Source: a virus. From it: 64,000 bases of DNA. The notes under the pieces were generated by a model. The model had not been told where the DNA came from and made no database searches. It saw only the letters and a program-made list of their open reading frames with translations. Position numbers and translations under genes: made by a program. Location: the IMG/VR virus record IMGVR_UViG_3300045988_065173, positions 13,917-77,916 of that record, one strand, 5' to 3'. This document shows, piece after piece, positions 62,768 through 64,000 of the stretch. The first letter of the stretch is position 1. The number at the start of each line of letters is the position of its first letter.

Positions 62768-63462
62768 TGGCTGCTGAAACAATTGCTATCGTAGGTGAAT
62801 CAGGTACTGGAAAGAGTACAAGTTTAAGAAATCTTAATCCCGAAGAGACTTTTATTATAAGTACTACGGGTAAACCGCTCCCCTTTAGAGCATGGAAAAA
62901 GAAGTATATCCCTATTAAAATAGAGGGAAAGAACGTAAGTGGTAACTATTACATTAGTTCCAAATGGGATCAAATTCTGAAAATTCTTCAAATTATTGAC
63001 AAGATGATGCCTCAGATTAAACAGGTAATTATCGATGACTTCCAATATGTTCTCTCTTATGAGTTCGTTGACAGAGCAACAGAAGTTGGTTATACCAAAT
63101 TTAGTGAGCTGGCTCAACACGCTATGGAAATTCTGAGATATTCAGAAAAGATGAGAGAGGATTGTAAGATGATTTTCTTGACACACTCGGAGAATGTTGG
63201 AGACAATGTAAATCCTAAGTTTGTCATTAAAACTGTTGGAAAGTTGTTGTCTGAAAAGGTAACACTGGAAGGTCTGTTTACTTATATTTTCTTCACTAAG
63301 GTAAGTGAAGGAGATTCTGGTAGAATGGAGTACAAGTTAATCACTAATAATGACGGTACTTGTGTGGCTAAGACATCCTTTGGTATGTTTGAAGACCTAG
63401 AGATTGACAATGATTTGAATGAGATTATCCATGTTATTGACGCTTATAATGAAGGAGAGTAA
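62767..63462 (+). CDS. AAA/RecA-like ATPase
   Basis: IAIVGESGTGKSTS (Walker A), IIDDFQYV (Walker B-like). Confidence 0.55.
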   Translation: MAAETIAIVGESGTGKSTSLRNLNPEETFIISTTGKPLPFRAWKKKYIPIKIEGKNVSGNYYISSKWDQILKILQIIDKMMPQIKQVIIDDFQYVLSYEFVDRATEVGYTKFSELAQHAMEILRYSEKMREDCKMIFLTHSENVGDNVNPKFVIKTVGKLLSEKVTLEGLFTYIFFTKVSEGDSGRMEYKLITNNDGTCVAKTSFGMFEDLEIDNDLNEIIHVIDAYNEGE

Positions 63463-64000
63463 TGAAGTTAGACATACTGTTTCACTACGAGGTGAATGAA
63501 CAAACTGGTGAAATCACCTATATTGGGAAAGAAGAAATTTCTGTTGACACTAAGGCAACGAAAAGTGCTACCAAGACATCTACTAAGGCTTCTGCAGCCA
63601 AGGTAGATGCTAATCCAGATCCTATTATTACGCTTGATTCCAACAAGTTAATATTAACTCAGGGAGCTGTAGACCTGTTACAGGTTTGTGCAGATTGTCG
63701 AGTAGACATCAAGTATAAGAAAAAGGATAAGAAAGCAGTTCCTATTATTGGAACTGATGCCGCTTTCGGAACTAAAAGTGGAAACAAGTTAACGAAGAGT
63801 AATACTGTAAGTTATAGAGGTGCAGCTAATGAAAAGCTCTCAGCTTATGGTACTACCTTTAAACTAGAGCCTACAGAGGATAAAGGAATTTATTATCTAG
63901 TAGGAGATAAGGTACAAGAAGAAAACTCTGTACCTGATGAGATAATTGATATCGAGAATGAACTCGATATAGAATCATTAGATAATATAAACATAGACGA
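63462..64000 (+). CDS. hypothetical protein (3' partial at window edge)
   Basis: ATG at 63462. Frame is open to the end of the window. Confidence 0.4.
   Translation, partial: MKLDILFHYEVNEQTGEITYIGKEEISVDTKATKSATKTSTKASAAKVDANPDPIITLDSNKLILTQGAVDLLQVCADCRVDIKYKKKDKKAVPIIGTDAAFGTKSGNKLTKSNTVSYRGAANEKLSAYGTTFKLEPTEDKGIYYLVGDKVQEENSVPDEIIDIENELDIESLDNINID

Overview
This 64-kb window looks like part of a large AT-rich (~33-35% GC) tailed dsDNA phage genome with two blocks. (1) Positions 1 to ~20,430 form a late/structural block, mostly on the minus strand. Under the standard code it is shredded into short ORFs, but every interruption is an in-frame TAG and never TAA/TGA, so I read TAG as a sense codon there, probably Gln. 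The block contains a diversity-generating retroelement (RT, template repeat and variable repeat in the C-terminus of a tail-fibre gene), a terminase large subunit, a YqaJ-like exonuclease, and a Gln-like amber-suppressor tRNA(CUA) downstream of the first late gene. (2) Positions 20,596 to 64,000 form an early/middle block on the plus strand in the standard code, with stops almost all TAA/TGA. It carries about 25 tRNA genes in islands, a second canonical tRNA(CUA), a remote second DGR variable repeat inside a small plus-strand gene, radical-SAM, NfeD-flotillin and a second SPFH lipoprotein, NadV + PRPP synthetase + HAD (NAD salvage), RNase H, a glucosaminidase-type endolysin, SF2 and DnaB-like helicases, and GIY-YIG and HNH homing-endonuclease genes that carry in-frame TAG codons. 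A Bacteroides-type -7 motif (TAACTTTG) and LxxC lipoboxes suggest a Bacteroidota host. The overall layout is crAss-like, but that is only a hypothesis. All calls are by eye, with no database search. Late-block gene boundaries are approximate because TAG had to be read through by hand.
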